Positions 52,751 to 62,558 of a stretch of 64,000 nucleotides of DNA are shown here, piece after piece. Under the pieces are notes generated by a model, which saw only the letters and a program-made list of their open reading frames with translations, had not been told where the DNA came from and searched no databases. The DNA is from a virus: positions 118,330 to 182,329 of IMG/VR virus record IMGVR_UViG_3300026097_001223. One strand, 5' to 3'. Each line of letters begins with the position of its first letter. The stretch's first letter is position 1. A program made the translations under genes and the position numbers.

Positions 52751-54974
52751 AAATCCCGAAATTGAAGGCATCCTTGCCCATGCAACTGAAATTGCAACCA
52801 AGGCAAATCACGAGTATGTTACCTGTGAACATTTGCTATCTGCACTGGTTCAGCATCCTCCATTTGAAAAGTGTTTACAGGAGTTCGGCGCAGACACTGA
52901 ACAGCTGATTGCAGAACTGGACGCTTACTTGGAAAGTCTCAACAGCATTATCAGCACTGCCGGCGGCCGTCCTAGGAAAACAGCGGCGCTGGAGCGAGTG
53001 TTCAATAGAGCGATGACTCAAGTGCTGTTTACTGGCAGGGACAATGTGAGCACTGTTGACCTTTATCTTGCTATCATGGCCGAGACCAACAGCTTTGCTC
53101 AATACTTCTTGCTCAAGCAAAACATCACTAGAGAACAATTTGCTGACCACTGGCACGAAACCTATGACTCCGGTGACTACAGCAAAGTTTCTGGCGCACA
53201 AGCAAACAAAGTATTGTCAGAGTATTGTACCGATGTTACAGCACGAGCCGAGACCGGTGAGCTTGAACCAATGATTGGTCGAGAAAAAGAAGTTGACGAA
53301 ATTGTAACGGTGTTGGCCAAAAAATGGAAGGCTAATGTAATGCTGATCGGCGACCCAGGAGTAGGAAAAACAGCCATTGTGGAAGGGCTGGCACAATCCA
53401 TTGCAGATAAGTCTGTTCCAGAGTACCTGCAGACTGCAAGAATTTGGAGTCTCGAAGTTGGCAACTTGGTCGCGGGCAGTAAGTATCGCGGAGACTTTGA
53501 AGAAAAACTTAAAAATGTGCTTGAAGCACTGGAAAGTATTCCCAACAGCATCTTGTTTATTGACGAAGCACACACCATCAAAGGTGCAGGCAGTGTAAGC
53601 AAAGGCGAAGGTCTTGACTTTGCAAACATGTTGAAACCACATATCACAACTGGTAAAATCAAGGTTATTGCCAGCACTACCTGGGAAGAATACTACGAAA
53701 GCTTCGAAAAAGATCGTGCATTGATGCGCAGATTCTACAATGTTAATGTAGACGAGCCCGACAACGACACCACGGTAAAGATCATGCTTGGATTGAAAAA
53801 ACGCCTGGAAAGCTATCACGGAGTTGAAATTGACCAAGCCGCTGTAGAAGAAACTGTGCAACTAACTGCTCGATATATCCCGGACAGAAAAAATCCAGAC
53901 AAGAGTATAGATCTACTAGACACAACCTGTGCGTATGTACGCAGTCACAGCGATGTGGGCAAAGAGATTACTAAAAATCTTGTGATGAATAGACTGAGTC
54001 ATATCACTGGCATTCCAGAAAACAAGTTGAAAAGTAACGCTAGTGCTAAGATACAGAATCTAGAAGGTGCAATCAAAGAAAAACTCTACGGACAAGACAG
54101 CGTAGTTGACAGTGTGCTGGACAGAATTTACATGAGCTTCGGCGGACTAGGCAGTGCCAATCGGCCACAAACCAGTATGTTATTCCTAGGCCCAACTGGC
54201 ACAGGTAAAACTGAGCTAGCTCGTCAACTAAGCAAGAACCTCGACATGCATCTACTGCGCTATGATATGAGTGAGTATCAAGAGCGACACAGTGTCAGCA
54301 GTTTACTAGGAGCGCCTCCGGGTTATGTGGGGTTCGGCGAAGCCAGTCAAGGCGGCGGCAGATTGATCAGCGATATCAGCAAGCATCCGTTTAGTGTTCT
54401 GTTGTTCGACGAAGTGGAAAAGGCACACCCAGATGTGTACAATATTTTTCTACAGATGCTAGACGAAGGCACTATCACTGGCACAAATGGCAAAACAGTA
54501 AATGTTAAAAACTGTATTGTAATAATGACATCAAATCTGGGTGCCAGGGCCAATGAACAGAACGCAATTGGGTTTGGATCACTGGAAAACACCGGCAAAG
54601 AAGATCAAGAACTAAAGGACTTTTTCCGTCCTGAATTGAGAAACAGAATCGATCTTGTGTGCAAGTTTGATAAACTGGACAATCTCAGTGTGCGCAAAGT
54701 TGTGTTAAAATTCTTGCATGAACTAGAAGCACGATTAAAAGACAAAAACATCACTGTGGAATTCACAGAAGCATTGATCGGGCACGTTGCTGAAAATGGT
54801 TATGACAGTGCCATGGGTGCTAGACCATTGGCTAGATATATCGATGAACATGTAAAAGTTCCGCTGAGCAAGCAGATCTTGTTCCAGGAACTGCAGGATA
54901 CACACATCAAGCTGGATATCAGCAACGGCGAAGTGGTCATATCTCAACACGAAAAGTCATTAAGCAATGCATAA
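52740..54974 (+). CDS. clpA: ClpA-type AAA+ unfoldase
   Basis: HEYVTCEHLL, GDPGVGKT/IDEAH, GPTGTGKT/DMSEY/GAPPGYVG/FDEVEK, IGF ClpP-docking loop, no ClpB middle domain. Confidence 0.88.
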   Translation: MSNKNPEIEGILAHATEIATKANHEYVTCEHLLSALVQHPPFEKCLQEFGADTEQLIAELDAYLESLNSIISTAGGRPRKTAALERVFNRAMTQVLFTGRDNVSTVDLYLAIMAETNSFAQYFLLKQNITREQFADHWHETYDSGDYSKVSGAQANKVLSEYCTDVTARAETGELEPMIGREKEVDEIVTVLAKKWKANVMLIGDPGVGKTAIVEGLAQSIADKSVPEYLQTARIWSLEVGNLVAGSKYRGDFEEKLKNVLEALESIPNSILFIDEAHTIKGAGSVSKGEGLDFANMLKPHITTGKIKVIASTTWEEYYESFEKDRALMRRFYNVNVDEPDNDTTVKIMLGLKKRLESYHGVEIDQAAVEETVQLTARYIPDRKNPDKSIDLLDTTCAYVRSHSDVGKEITKNLVMNRLSHITGIPENKLKSNASAKIQNLEGAIKEKLYGQDSVVDSVLDRIYMSFGGLGSANRPQTSMLFLGPTGTGKTELARQLSKNLDMHLLRYDMSEYQERHSVSSLLGAPPGYVGFGEASQGGGRLISDISKHPFSVLLFDEVEKAHPDVYNIFLQMLDEGTITGTNGKTVNVKNCIVIMTSNLGARANEQNAIGFGSLENTGKEDQELKDFFRPELRNRIDLVCKFDKLDNLSVRKVVLKFLHELEARLKDKNITVEFTEALIGHVAENGYDSAMGARPLARYIDEHVKVPLSKQILFQELQDTHIKLDISNGEVVISQHEKSLSNA

Positions 54975-55671
54975 AACTGTGGTGCGCACTGATCTCTGGT
55001 ACGGCAAGTACTCCTACAAAATGCATGGAGTTTTGCCTCTTGCATTTGTGATCAGAGAATGGTGGCTCACAAACGAAGATGACATCTATGAGTCATGTCA
55101 ACGTAGAAAAGACTGGATGCAGATGGTTCCGCGCACCATGCGGCCCATCCATTCTAGATCGGATGTTCATACATCATTTACATCCACCAGGTTAGATCCA
55201 ATGGATTGTGTGGAATCTTTGATTGACACCTGTCTTTATCTACAGGATAATGCCGATTATGTGCAAACAGTAATCGAAGGCGACTGGTTTAGATTGTACA
55301 CAGATGAAGAAAGCATTGTCAATGACTTTATGAGCCGCAGTGTTATACAGAGAAAACAAAGCAGTCAAGTGTCAGTGGTTGGGCCTAAAAACGCAGTGCT
55401 ACTTAAAAAAAGCCAGTATGCTAAACGCTGTGTTCTGCAAGGACTAAAAACAGATGACAAACAAAAAAGTATCCTGGCTCACTGGATTGAGACCAACGAT
55501 GTAAAAGCATGTCCTACTCTTAAAGAATTTTACAAAAACGACATGCCTTGGTATAACTATGTACCGCGAGACACGTTTTTTGATTTTAACGACGAAAAAC
55601 TGTTAACCAGTTTGTGTCTAACACTGCCTGGTATAGTTAAAGAAATTAAACCGATTGTTATCTATAAATAA
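54967..55671 (+). CDS. hypothetical protein
   Basis: Long ORF overlapping the clpA stop. Confidence 0.65.
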   Translation: MHKTVVRTDLWYGKYSYKMHGVLPLAFVIREWWLTNEDDIYESCQRRKDWMQMVPRTMRPIHSRSDVHTSFTSTRLDPMDCVESLIDTCLYLQDNADYVQTVIEGDWFRLYTDEESIVNDFMSRSVIQRKQSSQVSVVGPKNAVLLKKSQYAKRCVLQGLKTDDKQKSILAHWIETNDVKACPTLKEFYKNDMPWYNYVPRDTFFDFNDEKLLTSLCLTLPGIVKEIKPIVIYK

Positions 55672-55675
55672 AGTT

Positions 55676-55843
55676 ATGGCAAAGATTCAAGAAGAAGTAT
55701 TAGTTGTAAAACTCAGCAAGCTGTTGCGAGACACAGACACCGAAACACCCGTGCTCAATGAAGAAACCTATGAGCAACTGCATGCAGTGTTGCAAGAACT
55801 TGCAGGTTCAGGTGTACTGGTTGAATTGCAACCTGCGGATTAG
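55676..55843 (+). CDS. small late hypothetical protein
   Basis: ATG 5 nt after TATAAATA; MAKIQEEVLVVKLSKL...LVE. Confidence 0.65.
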   Translation: MAKIQEEVLVVKLSKLLRDTDTETPVLNEETYEQLHAVLQELAGSGVLVELQPAD

Positions 55844-55845
55844 AA

Positions 55846-56214
55846 ATGAAAACCAGCAGTTTACAATTATTACCAACAACAACACACGGAACCCCCAGCG
55901 GCAATTACGATGGCAGTAGCACTGATTTTTTTGGTGACAAGCAAAAAGCTGCCAGTTATTATCTACAGGGCAATGAGCTACAAACTGTTGCACTGTTCGC
56001 AACCAGTCTTGTGGGCACAATAACTGTTCAAGCATCATTGGCCGAAGAACCACAGTCAACTGATTGGTTTGATATTCACACATTCCCCAGCGACGGCAGC
56101 TCGCAGTACACAGACAATGTTGCAGTTAATTTAACTGGCAATTATGTTTGGATAAGAGCAAGCGTAGCTGAATTCACAGACGGTACTATTAATAAAGTAA
56201 CACTGTCATACTGA
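55846..56214 (+). CDS. hypothetical beta-sandwich-like late protein
   Basis: G.I.VQASLA..P...DWFDI...N.TGNYVWIRA.V..F..G.I.KV.L.Y. Confidence 0.65.
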   Translation: MKTSSLQLLPTTTHGTPSGNYDGSSTDFFGDKQKAASYYLQGNELQTVALFATSLVGTITVQASLAEEPQSTDWFDIHTFPSDGSSQYTDNVAVNLTGNYVWIRASVAEFTDGTINKVTLSY

Positions 56215-56627
56215 TGAATTATATAAAAATCACTGCATCAGCGTCAGGCCCTCTAGACGATCGCATAGGATTCAGCGCGAGCAAAAACGACGACATTCAT
56301 CCTCGTGCTCAGGCGTTTCCTTATACCTATGAAATAAATGTATCAGCAGGAGACACTGTACACCTGTTTTTATCCGGTAAACAAGACGATCACACTGTGA
56401 TTCACAATGGCACAGTAACAGACACTGTCGAAATAAGCATAGATCAAGTATTGCTGGACAGTGTAGATATCACAGACAAGTTTATAAAGCAGTGCACCTA
56501 CAGGCACGGCTATAACGGCACCGGCGACAGTGTCAACGATGTTTTTTATGGCACCATGGGATACAACGGCGAAGTGATCATGCAGTTTGACAGAGATCCG
56601 GTTGCATGGTTAGCAAATCTGTGTTAG
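56214..56627 (+). CDS. hypothetical protein
   Basis: TGATG overlap; GTMGYNG motif. Confidence 0.6.
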   Translation: MNYIKITASASGPLDDRIGFSASKNDDIHPRAQAFPYTYEINVSAGDTVHLFLSGKQDDHTVIHNGTVTDTVEISIDQVLLDSVDITDKFIKQCTYRHGYNGTGDSVNDVFYGTMGYNGEVIMQFDRDPVAWLANLC

Positions 56628-56640
56628 TATAAATACTCAT

Positions 56641-57618
56641 ATGAAAACAGTCGTTATAGTACCCGGCGGATATCATCCGTTTCACCAAGGACATCGAGCA
56701 CTTTATGATCAAGCCAAAAAGGCTTATCCCGGCGCTGACATCTATCTTGCCGCTACTGATGTTCAAACCGACAGACCTTTTCCGTTTAAAATAAAGCAGG
56801 CTCTTGCAAAACTAGCAGGCATTCCTACAGCACGTTTTGTGCAAGTTAAAAATCCGTTTCAGCCTCGAGAAATAGTAAGCAACTACGATCCCGACAACAC
56901 TGTACTGGTTTTTGTGCGCAGTGACAAAGATCGAGATCAAGCTCCTGTACCAGGTAGAAAACGCAAGGATGGCACGCCAGGATATCTACAACCAGCAGAC
57001 GACAGCATGCAGCCAATGAGCAAGTTTGCCTATATGGACTATGTACCCACTGTGACTTTTGGCAAAGACATGACCAGTGCCACACAGATTAGGCAAGCCT
57101 GGCCTGACATGGACACAGAACAAAAAGCTCAATTGGTAACAACACTGTATCCTGCTGTTGCCAACAACGACGCACTGAAAAACAAAACCATTGAAATGCT
57201 AGACACTGTGCTTGGCACCAGTGTGAAAGAAGCTGTTATTGTAAACGATCCAGAAGTAGGACTACAAATTCGTCCTAGCGGCGGCATGGGCACCTATGAT
57301 GAACGCAGTTTACAAAGCAGTGCAGTGCGTGACCTACGCAGTGCGCTACAAGCACTGGAGCGCGGTATGTACAGCAATGCTGAGCATGTGCTCTATGGTG
57401 CTGGTGCATTCCAGCGTAAACTACGTGCACTCAAGCAACTGGAAGACTTCCAGGAAAAACAAGGCAGCCGGTCCATTGCCAAAGGTCGTGAAATAGATCT
57501 CGGCGAAGACTATGTTGCCGAAAAATGGAGCAAAAAATACAAACAGAGTATAGACTGCGCAAACCCTAAAGGCTTCTCACAACGAGCACACTGTGACAGC
57601 CGCAAGAAAAAATCTTAA
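56641..57618 (+). CDS. HIGH-superfamily nucleotidyltransferase fused to two small C-terminal modules
   Basis: PGGYHPFHQGH, SATQIR; then module AVIVNDP... and module EKWSKKYKQSIDCANPKGFSQRAHC. Confidence 0.75.
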   Translation: MKTVVIVPGGYHPFHQGHRALYDQAKKAYPGADIYLAATDVQTDRPFPFKIKQALAKLAGIPTARFVQVKNPFQPREIVSNYDPDNTVLVFVRSDKDRDQAPVPGRKRKDGTPGYLQPADDSMQPMSKFAYMDYVPTVTFGKDMTSATQIRQAWPDMDTEQKAQLVTTLYPAVANNDALKNKTIEMLDTVLGTSVKEAVIVNDPEVGLQIRPSGGMGTYDERSLQSSAVRDLRSALQALERGMYSNAEHVLYGAGAFQRKLRALKQLEDFQEKQGSRSIAKGREIDLGEDYVAEKWSKKYKQSIDCANPKGFSQRAHCDSRKKKS

Positions 57619-57636
57619 ATCTTTTTATCAAAAAGG

Positions 57637-57665
57637 TTGACACCCTGCCCAATGTTTAGTACTAT
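57637..57665 (+). promoter_or_regulatory. sigma70-type early promoter
   Basis: TTGACA, 17 nt spacer, TACTAT; GAGG RBS downstream. Confidence 0.8.
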
Positions 57666-57697
57666 GTATATATAGGGTTAAGCAAGAGGTAAAAGAT

Positions 57698-57964
57698 ATG
57701 TTTCGTATTCCAACTGGTTATGTATTTGCTCCGAGTTTCGAAGATGCTGCTAAACTGATTACTGCTCGTGGACGAGGTGACATGCTGGAAGGCATGTTGA
57801 GTCTGGACCGCATGTATGAAGAATATGTAGCCAGCACACACACTGATGCTCCACTTTTCGAAAGTGACGATGATTTCTATTACACTTACAGTTATGAGTT
57901 GAATGCGTACAATGTAGTGTACGAGAACATGAGCAGGTTGTTTGCACAAAAGAACACAGCATGA
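57698..57964 (+). CDS. early hypothetical protein
   Basis: Own promoter, RBS and terminator; RGRGDMLEGM. Confidence 0.7.
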   Translation: MFRIPTGYVFAPSFEDAAKLITARGRGDMLEGMLSLDRMYEEYVASTHTDAPLFESDDDFYYTYSYELNAYNVVYENMSRLFAQKNTA

Positions 57965-57992
57965 CGCTATAACACCAAAACTATTGCTCCGG

Positions 57993-58028
57993 GCTTAGAT
58001 ATGCTATATAGTGTATCTAAGCTTTTTT
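57993..58028 (+). terminator. intrinsic terminator
   Basis: GCTTAGATA...TATCTAAGC followed by TTTTTT. Confidence 0.7.
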
Positions 58029-58047
58029 ATATCACAAAGGACCTTTT

Positions 58048-58914
58048 ATGACCGAAGAAACACAAGCGCAGGTTGACCCGCAAAACCAAATTCAAGTAGA
58101 TATTGAATATCTACGCACCACTCGTGTACACATCTGTATGCCATGCTATGGTGGCATGCTCACAGAACAGGTGTTCATGAGTTTTATCAAATGGAGTAAC
58201 ACATGTCGTCAGTTGGGCATTGACTGGACATTGGAGACCATGACAAACGAAAGTTTGATCAGTCGTGCAAGAAACACACTGGTAGCCAAGTTCCTTAACA
58301 ACCCAGACAGCACACACCTGTTCTTTGTTGACGCAGACATCGGCTGGGAGCCATGGCAACTGCTGGTGTTGTTGAACCACCAAAAAGACGTAGTCGGCGG
58401 TTTATACCCTATGAAGACTCTTCCAATTAAGTGGGTAGTTAACGGTATAGAAGGTGCCGAGACTGAAGACAACGGCAACTTGCTGGAAGTCAGTAAAACT
58501 GGCACAGGCTTTATGTTGATCAAGCGTGATGTGTTTGACAAGGTCAAAGAGCACGACGATACCGTTCACTTCAACAATGACATTGGACTTGATCCTGCAC
58601 TGGACAAGAACATGTATACATTCTTTGACACAGTGGTCCGTGATGGTCGCTACTATTCTGAAGACTGGGACTTCTGCGAAAAGTTCCGTGACCTTGGCGG
58701 TAAGATCTGGGTAGACAAGCGAGTGCTACTGCGCCACACAGGCACATTTGTATTCAATCACGAAGTTCAAGACAAGCTGTATCTCGAATTGGATAAACTG
58801 GCCAAAGAAAATGCTGCTCAGCAGTCAGAAACTGCGGTAATAGAACCTGCAGAGGATGCACCAGTTGACCCTGAAATAGTGGTTGAAGATCAGTCTAGCA
58901 AAGACGACGCATAA
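58048..58914 (+). CDS. GT-A fold glycosyltransferase-like protein
   Basis: CMPCYGG, ESLISRARN, FFVDADI (DxD), GTGFMLIKR, SEDW.FC, L.H.G. Confidence 0.75.
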   Translation: MTEETQAQVDPQNQIQVDIEYLRTTRVHICMPCYGGMLTEQVFMSFIKWSNTCRQLGIDWTLETMTNESLISRARNTLVAKFLNNPDSTHLFFVDADIGWEPWQLLVLLNHQKDVVGGLYPMKTLPIKWVVNGIEGAETEDNGNLLEVSKTGTGFMLIKRDVFDKVKEHDDTVHFNNDIGLDPALDKNMYTFFDTVVRDGRYYSEDWDFCEKFRDLGGKIWVDKRVLLRHTGTFVFNHEVQDKLYLELDKLAKENAAQQSETAVIEPAEDAPVDPEIVVEDQSSKDDA

Positions 58915-58945
58915 ATAGAGTTTTAAACATTATTGGAGTTTGTTT

Positions 58946-59275
58946 ATGTTAGACCCTAAAGATTTTACAGCACAAATCGCACGTGATTGCGAAGAACTAT
59001 ATCAGTACCATGAAAACTCAGTCAAGGAGTTCATGGCCAGCACACCAAGCGATGAAGACTTTGTACAGTACTTCACAAACAGAATGATCAATGAGCGCAT
59101 CAATTGCACAGAGATCAGTCGCCGTGTAGCAAACCTAGACCTTGACACACCAGCAGAAGACATGTTTATTCTCAGCAAACAAGCATGGGATGAAGCCAAG
59201 CACTTCCGCATGGTAAAAGAAATTGTTGAATTTTACAAAGGCAGCGAAGTTGATGTAGAAGAAGATGAAAGCTAG
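58946..59275 (+). CDS. ferritin-like di-iron protein, N-terminal half
   Basis: GGAG RBS; NERINC, WDEAKH (ExxH). Confidence 0.65.
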   Translation: MLDPKDFTAQIARDCEELYQYHENSVKEFMASTPSDEDFVQYFTNRMINERINCTEISRRVANLDLDTPAEDMFILSKQAWDEAKHFRMVKEIVEFYKGSEVDVEEDES

Positions 59276-59642
59276 CCGTGAAAGAGAACAACAAGGAGGT
59301 GACATCCGTCCCGCAACACTGCTAGAAAAGTTCGAAGCCAGCGAAGATCCACTGAGCATTGCAGTGTATCAGTTTATTGCAGAAGGCATGGCAGCCCGTA
59401 ATTGGGATATGCAAGCTAAAACTGCGCCAAACGATTTTGTTCGCTCACGCTACGAAGAAATTGCCAAGGACGAAAAGTTCCACAGCAACATCGGCAAGCG
59501 CAGTCTTGAAATGCTAGCCACAGACGAAGAAACTCAAGCCAAAGCAAAAATGATCTCAGACGAAGTTATCAACCTACTTTGGAACATTGGCTGTATCGCA
59601 CAGCATGTACCAACACACGCAATGGAAGACCTCAAGGCATAA
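59265..59642 (+). CDS. ferritin-like di-iron protein, C-terminal half (+1 frame relative to the N-half)
   Basis: YQFIAEG, KDEKFH (ExxH); overlaps the N-half by 11 nt. Confidence 0.65.
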   Translation: MKASREREQQGGDIRPATLLEKFEASEDPLSIAVYQFIAEGMAARNWDMQAKTAPNDFVRSRYEEIAKDEKFHSNIGKRSLEMLATDEETQAKAKMISDEVINLLWNIGCIAQHVPTHAMEDLKA

Positions 59643-59676
59643 CATTGCTACAGTTTGTTCAGCGCATAAATATGTT

Positions 59677-61818
59677 ATGCGCTTGAATGAACTACCCGAA
59701 CACGACAATAACAAAGAAGACGCCAGCTCTGATCAACCTCCTAAGCCAGGAAGAGAAGAGCTGAGCCGTTTCTTCGAATCAGCAGATACCAACAGCCAAC
59801 TTGAAATGCGTATTGCACTCAAAATGCAAAACCGCGCACAGGTGCTTGACCTATTAGAAGCTGGTGGCTATATTCCAGTAAACAACAAAGAAGCACAAGA
59901 CCCACGTTTTAAAACTGCACTCACAGTGGATATCAAGCCAGGTGAAGTTCAGCGTCAAGCTAAGAAAATGGGCTTCACTACAGATCGTGCCGGTGTGCCA
60001 CCATTGTTACACAAATCAGCTGCAAAAAACACAAGTGCAAACAAGGCATACAACATTGGACTTGCAGAAGATGCAAATCGTAGTCCTCAGGTAACCCAGG
60101 CAGACTTAAATGCACTAGAACAGTATGCCGACAAACTGTTTGGTAAAGTTGGCATTGATGTTGAATTTACTCGTCATTTCTTGGATAGAGTAAACGACGA
60201 GCGCAACCTAAAACAGATTACCATAGCCGAACTAACAAGACTGTTTAAGCAGGAATACAAGCGTTGGGGCAAGCGTATTGCACAACTTGGTCCAGATGCA
60301 CAAGCTGTAATGAAAGACATGCGCACCGACGTTAACATGCCGTTTGTGTTGACATGGGACGCACAAAATCAAGAACTGGATCTAGTTGCTAAAACAGTTA
60401 TGCGTAAAAAAGATTTTAAAACCAGCAATCAAGAATTTGCCATTGAAGACGGGCCTCTTGCAACAATTCAAAGAGCTGTTGCTCCAAAAATAAAACGCAA
60501 GGCCTATGACTATGCCGCTAAAACACTGCATGATGTAATACAGCGTAAAAAAGCCACAGGACAAAAACTTGTCCACACATTGGAATATTACGCACAGCGT
60601 GTGGGCAACAGTATCAAAGGCATTGATTATAGAGCTTTAACTGACTACTATATCGAACAGTATGGGACACCCGAGAGCTATACCGACCTAGAGCGATCTG
60701 TACTAGAATCAGGATACAGTCTAGACGACCTCGATGAAAACTTTGCGAATGGGAAGAAAATAAATGAAAAACTAAAATATCAGTCAAGTCTATCTAAAAA
60801 AATATTCAACCCTAGCGGGTATATAGAAAATCAAGGTGATTCAATTTACGGGTTGTGGCTTCCTTTGTCAGATAGCATAGTGAATAAAATTATCCCTAAA
60901 CAAAGAGCAAGGGTCTTTCACGTTACCGGAGTAGGAAACATAAACAAGATGTTTAACCTACAAGGACAGAAAAAAAGCATAAGTGCTTTCACAAATATGG
61001 ATTCCTATTATTTAGATAAAGGAATTGTTAGCGGAGGCGGAGGAGGTGTAATCTTTGAATTAGATGCCAATGTGCTTGGTGCTTTTAATCAAGATGTTGA
61101 AAGTGCTCCAGACACCGGCGGAAGGCGATGGATAACCCTCGACGCACTGATAGAGTTTAGTGGTAAAAATCGCAACGATCTAAAACCAATGTACGGTGAG
61201 ATGGCCAAACTTATCCAAAGTTTGCTGGATAAACATGCTCCTGACATGGATTATACAGACGAATATGATGATTATGAACTTACTGTCGATAAATGGACAG
61301 AACTGGGACAAAAATTGACCGCCGACGGCGACGGTAAAAAAATATCTGTTTTAATCAAAGATTATATAGATGGTGTATATGCAATAATGATCAAACATGC
61401 CAAACCCATAGGGCAAGCATTACAATCGTCTCTGTCAGACTCTGAAGGTTTAGATACAGACTGGAACGAAATAGTTGTAAATGACATCAAAGTTTTGCAG
61501 ATGCATGTGTTAAAAGATAGCGTAGAAAATTTAGAAAAACTCAAAGAGTTGGAATCTAAAGGCATAAAAGTTCGTGTATGGAATTCACCACAAGAACTTT
61601 CCAACTATACGAAAAAAGTCGGAGCACAACAGAAATTAGGTGAAAACTTTGCTGATGGTAAAAAGAAAGGCAAAAGCAGACCGGGGCGTGTAAAACGTGC
61701 AGGTGCTAGTTGCAAAGGGTCAGTCACTGATCTCAGAGCCAAGGCCAAAAAGTATTCCGGCGAACGTGGTAAAATGTATCACTGGTGCGCTAATATGAAA
61801 TCTGGTAAAAAGAAATGA
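59677..61818 (+). CDS. modular late protein (putative head-internal polyprotein)
   Basis: ATG 4 nt after TAAATA; MRLNEL start; modules include VDVEFTRHFLDRVND.RN and a duplicated ENFA(N/D)GKK; C-terminal ASC.GSVT.LR...MYHWCANMK. Confidence 0.75.
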   Translation: MRLNELPEHDNNKEDASSDQPPKPGREELSRFFESADTNSQLEMRIALKMQNRAQVLDLLEAGGYIPVNNKEAQDPRFKTALTVDIKPGEVQRQAKKMGFTTDRAGVPPLLHKSAAKNTSANKAYNIGLAEDANRSPQVTQADLNALEQYADKLFGKVGIDVEFTRHFLDRVNDERNLKQITIAELTRLFKQEYKRWGKRIAQLGPDAQAVMKDMRTDVNMPFVLTWDAQNQELDLVAKTVMRKKDFKTSNQEFAIEDGPLATIQRAVAPKIKRKAYDYAAKTLHDVIQRKKATGQKLVHTLEYYAQRVGNSIKGIDYRALTDYYIEQYGTPESYTDLERSVLESGYSLDDLDENFANGKKINEKLKYQSSLSKKIFNPSGYIENQGDSIYGLWLPLSDSIVNKIIPKQRARVFHVTGVGNINKMFNLQGQKKSISAFTNMDSYYLDKGIVSGGGGGVIFELDANVLGAFNQDVESAPDTGGRRWITLDALIEFSGKNRNDLKPMYGEMAKLIQSLLDKHAPDMDYTDEYDDYELTVDKWTELGQKLTADGDGKKISVLIKDYIDGVYAIMIKHAKPIGQALQSSLSDSEGLDTDWNEIVVNDIKVLQMHVLKDSVENLEKLKELESKGIKVRVWNSPQELSNYTKKVGAQQKLGENFADGKKKGKSRPGRVKRAGASCKGSVTDLRAKAKKYSGERGKMYHWCANMKSGKKK

Positions 61819-62366
61819 ACATAGAAACATTTGCAGATCCTTGGACTCATGCTATTGTTGACAATTTTTTCACATTTGAAGAAAATCATATCATTAGAAA
61901 CTATGCTAGAAATGAATTCCAACACTTGCCAAACGACCAAACGTTTAAATTTATATTACGTGAAAATAAAAAGTTTAAAGGCAGACATCACGACAGATCT
62001 ATTTGGAATTATTGCAGTAATATTGCTAGGTCAAAGTTCCCAGAATTGTGCAAGCACCTAAATGTTCCAGAAATTGACCACGAACTCTGGGTTGAATTTT
62101 CATGTTTTGGCTCTGCATGTCCTAGAGGTATACACAATGATCGCCCGGAAAAATACATAAGCTGTCTTGTTTATTTGGATGGCACAGGGTCAGGCACCTG
62201 GTTATATTCAGATTCTGAGACTCTAGAAAAGAAAATAGAATTTCGTCATAACCGGGCGTTTGTTTTTCACAACACACGAAACAAAATACATGCAGTTGGC
62301 GACAATAAACCTGGTGATTACAGAACAGCAGTTAACTTTATTTTTGCACAGCCAGCAGATAAATAA
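61815..62366 (+). CDS. 2OG-Fe(II) oxygenase (prolyl-hydroxylase-like)
   Basis: IHND (HxD), ISCLVYL, F..NRAFVF...HAV, RT.VN. Confidence 0.75.
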   Translation: MNIETFADPWTHAIVDNFFTFEENHIIRNYARNEFQHLPNDQTFKFILRENKKFKGRHHDRSIWNYCSNIARSKFPELCKHLNVPEIDHELWVEFSCFGSACPRGIHNDRPEKYISCLVYLDGTGSGTWLYSDSETLEKKIEFRHNRAFVFHNTRNKIHAVGDNKPGDYRTAVNFIFAQPADK

Positions 62367-62369
62367 TAT

Positions 62370-62558
62370 ATGCGCATAAATGAACTACAACGTGGACTCA
62401 AGCTGTACAAGGCTCGAATTAAATTCCCTAAGAGCAGCTTCAAGGGCAGCACACACATCACTGTGTTTGCTCGCAATCCTGCCATGGCTCGTAGACAAAT
62501 TCAAAGCCAATACGGACGACACGCTCTCATTGGCAACGTAAAACAAATCCGTAGATGA
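62370..62558 (+). CDS. small basic late protein
   Basis: MRINEL start; ATG 4 nt after TAAATA. Confidence 0.65.
   Translation: MRINELQRGLKLYKARIKFPKSSFKGSTHITVFARNPAMARRQIQSQYGRHALIGNVKQIRR

Noticed and set aside
59587-59676. Upstream extensions of ORF-track starts (also 474, 1309, 11549, 21006, 22388, 26314, 37546, 41242, 43246, 55655)
   Set aside because: They overlap upstream genes or promoter elements; downstream starts have RBS or late-promoter support, so those were used.
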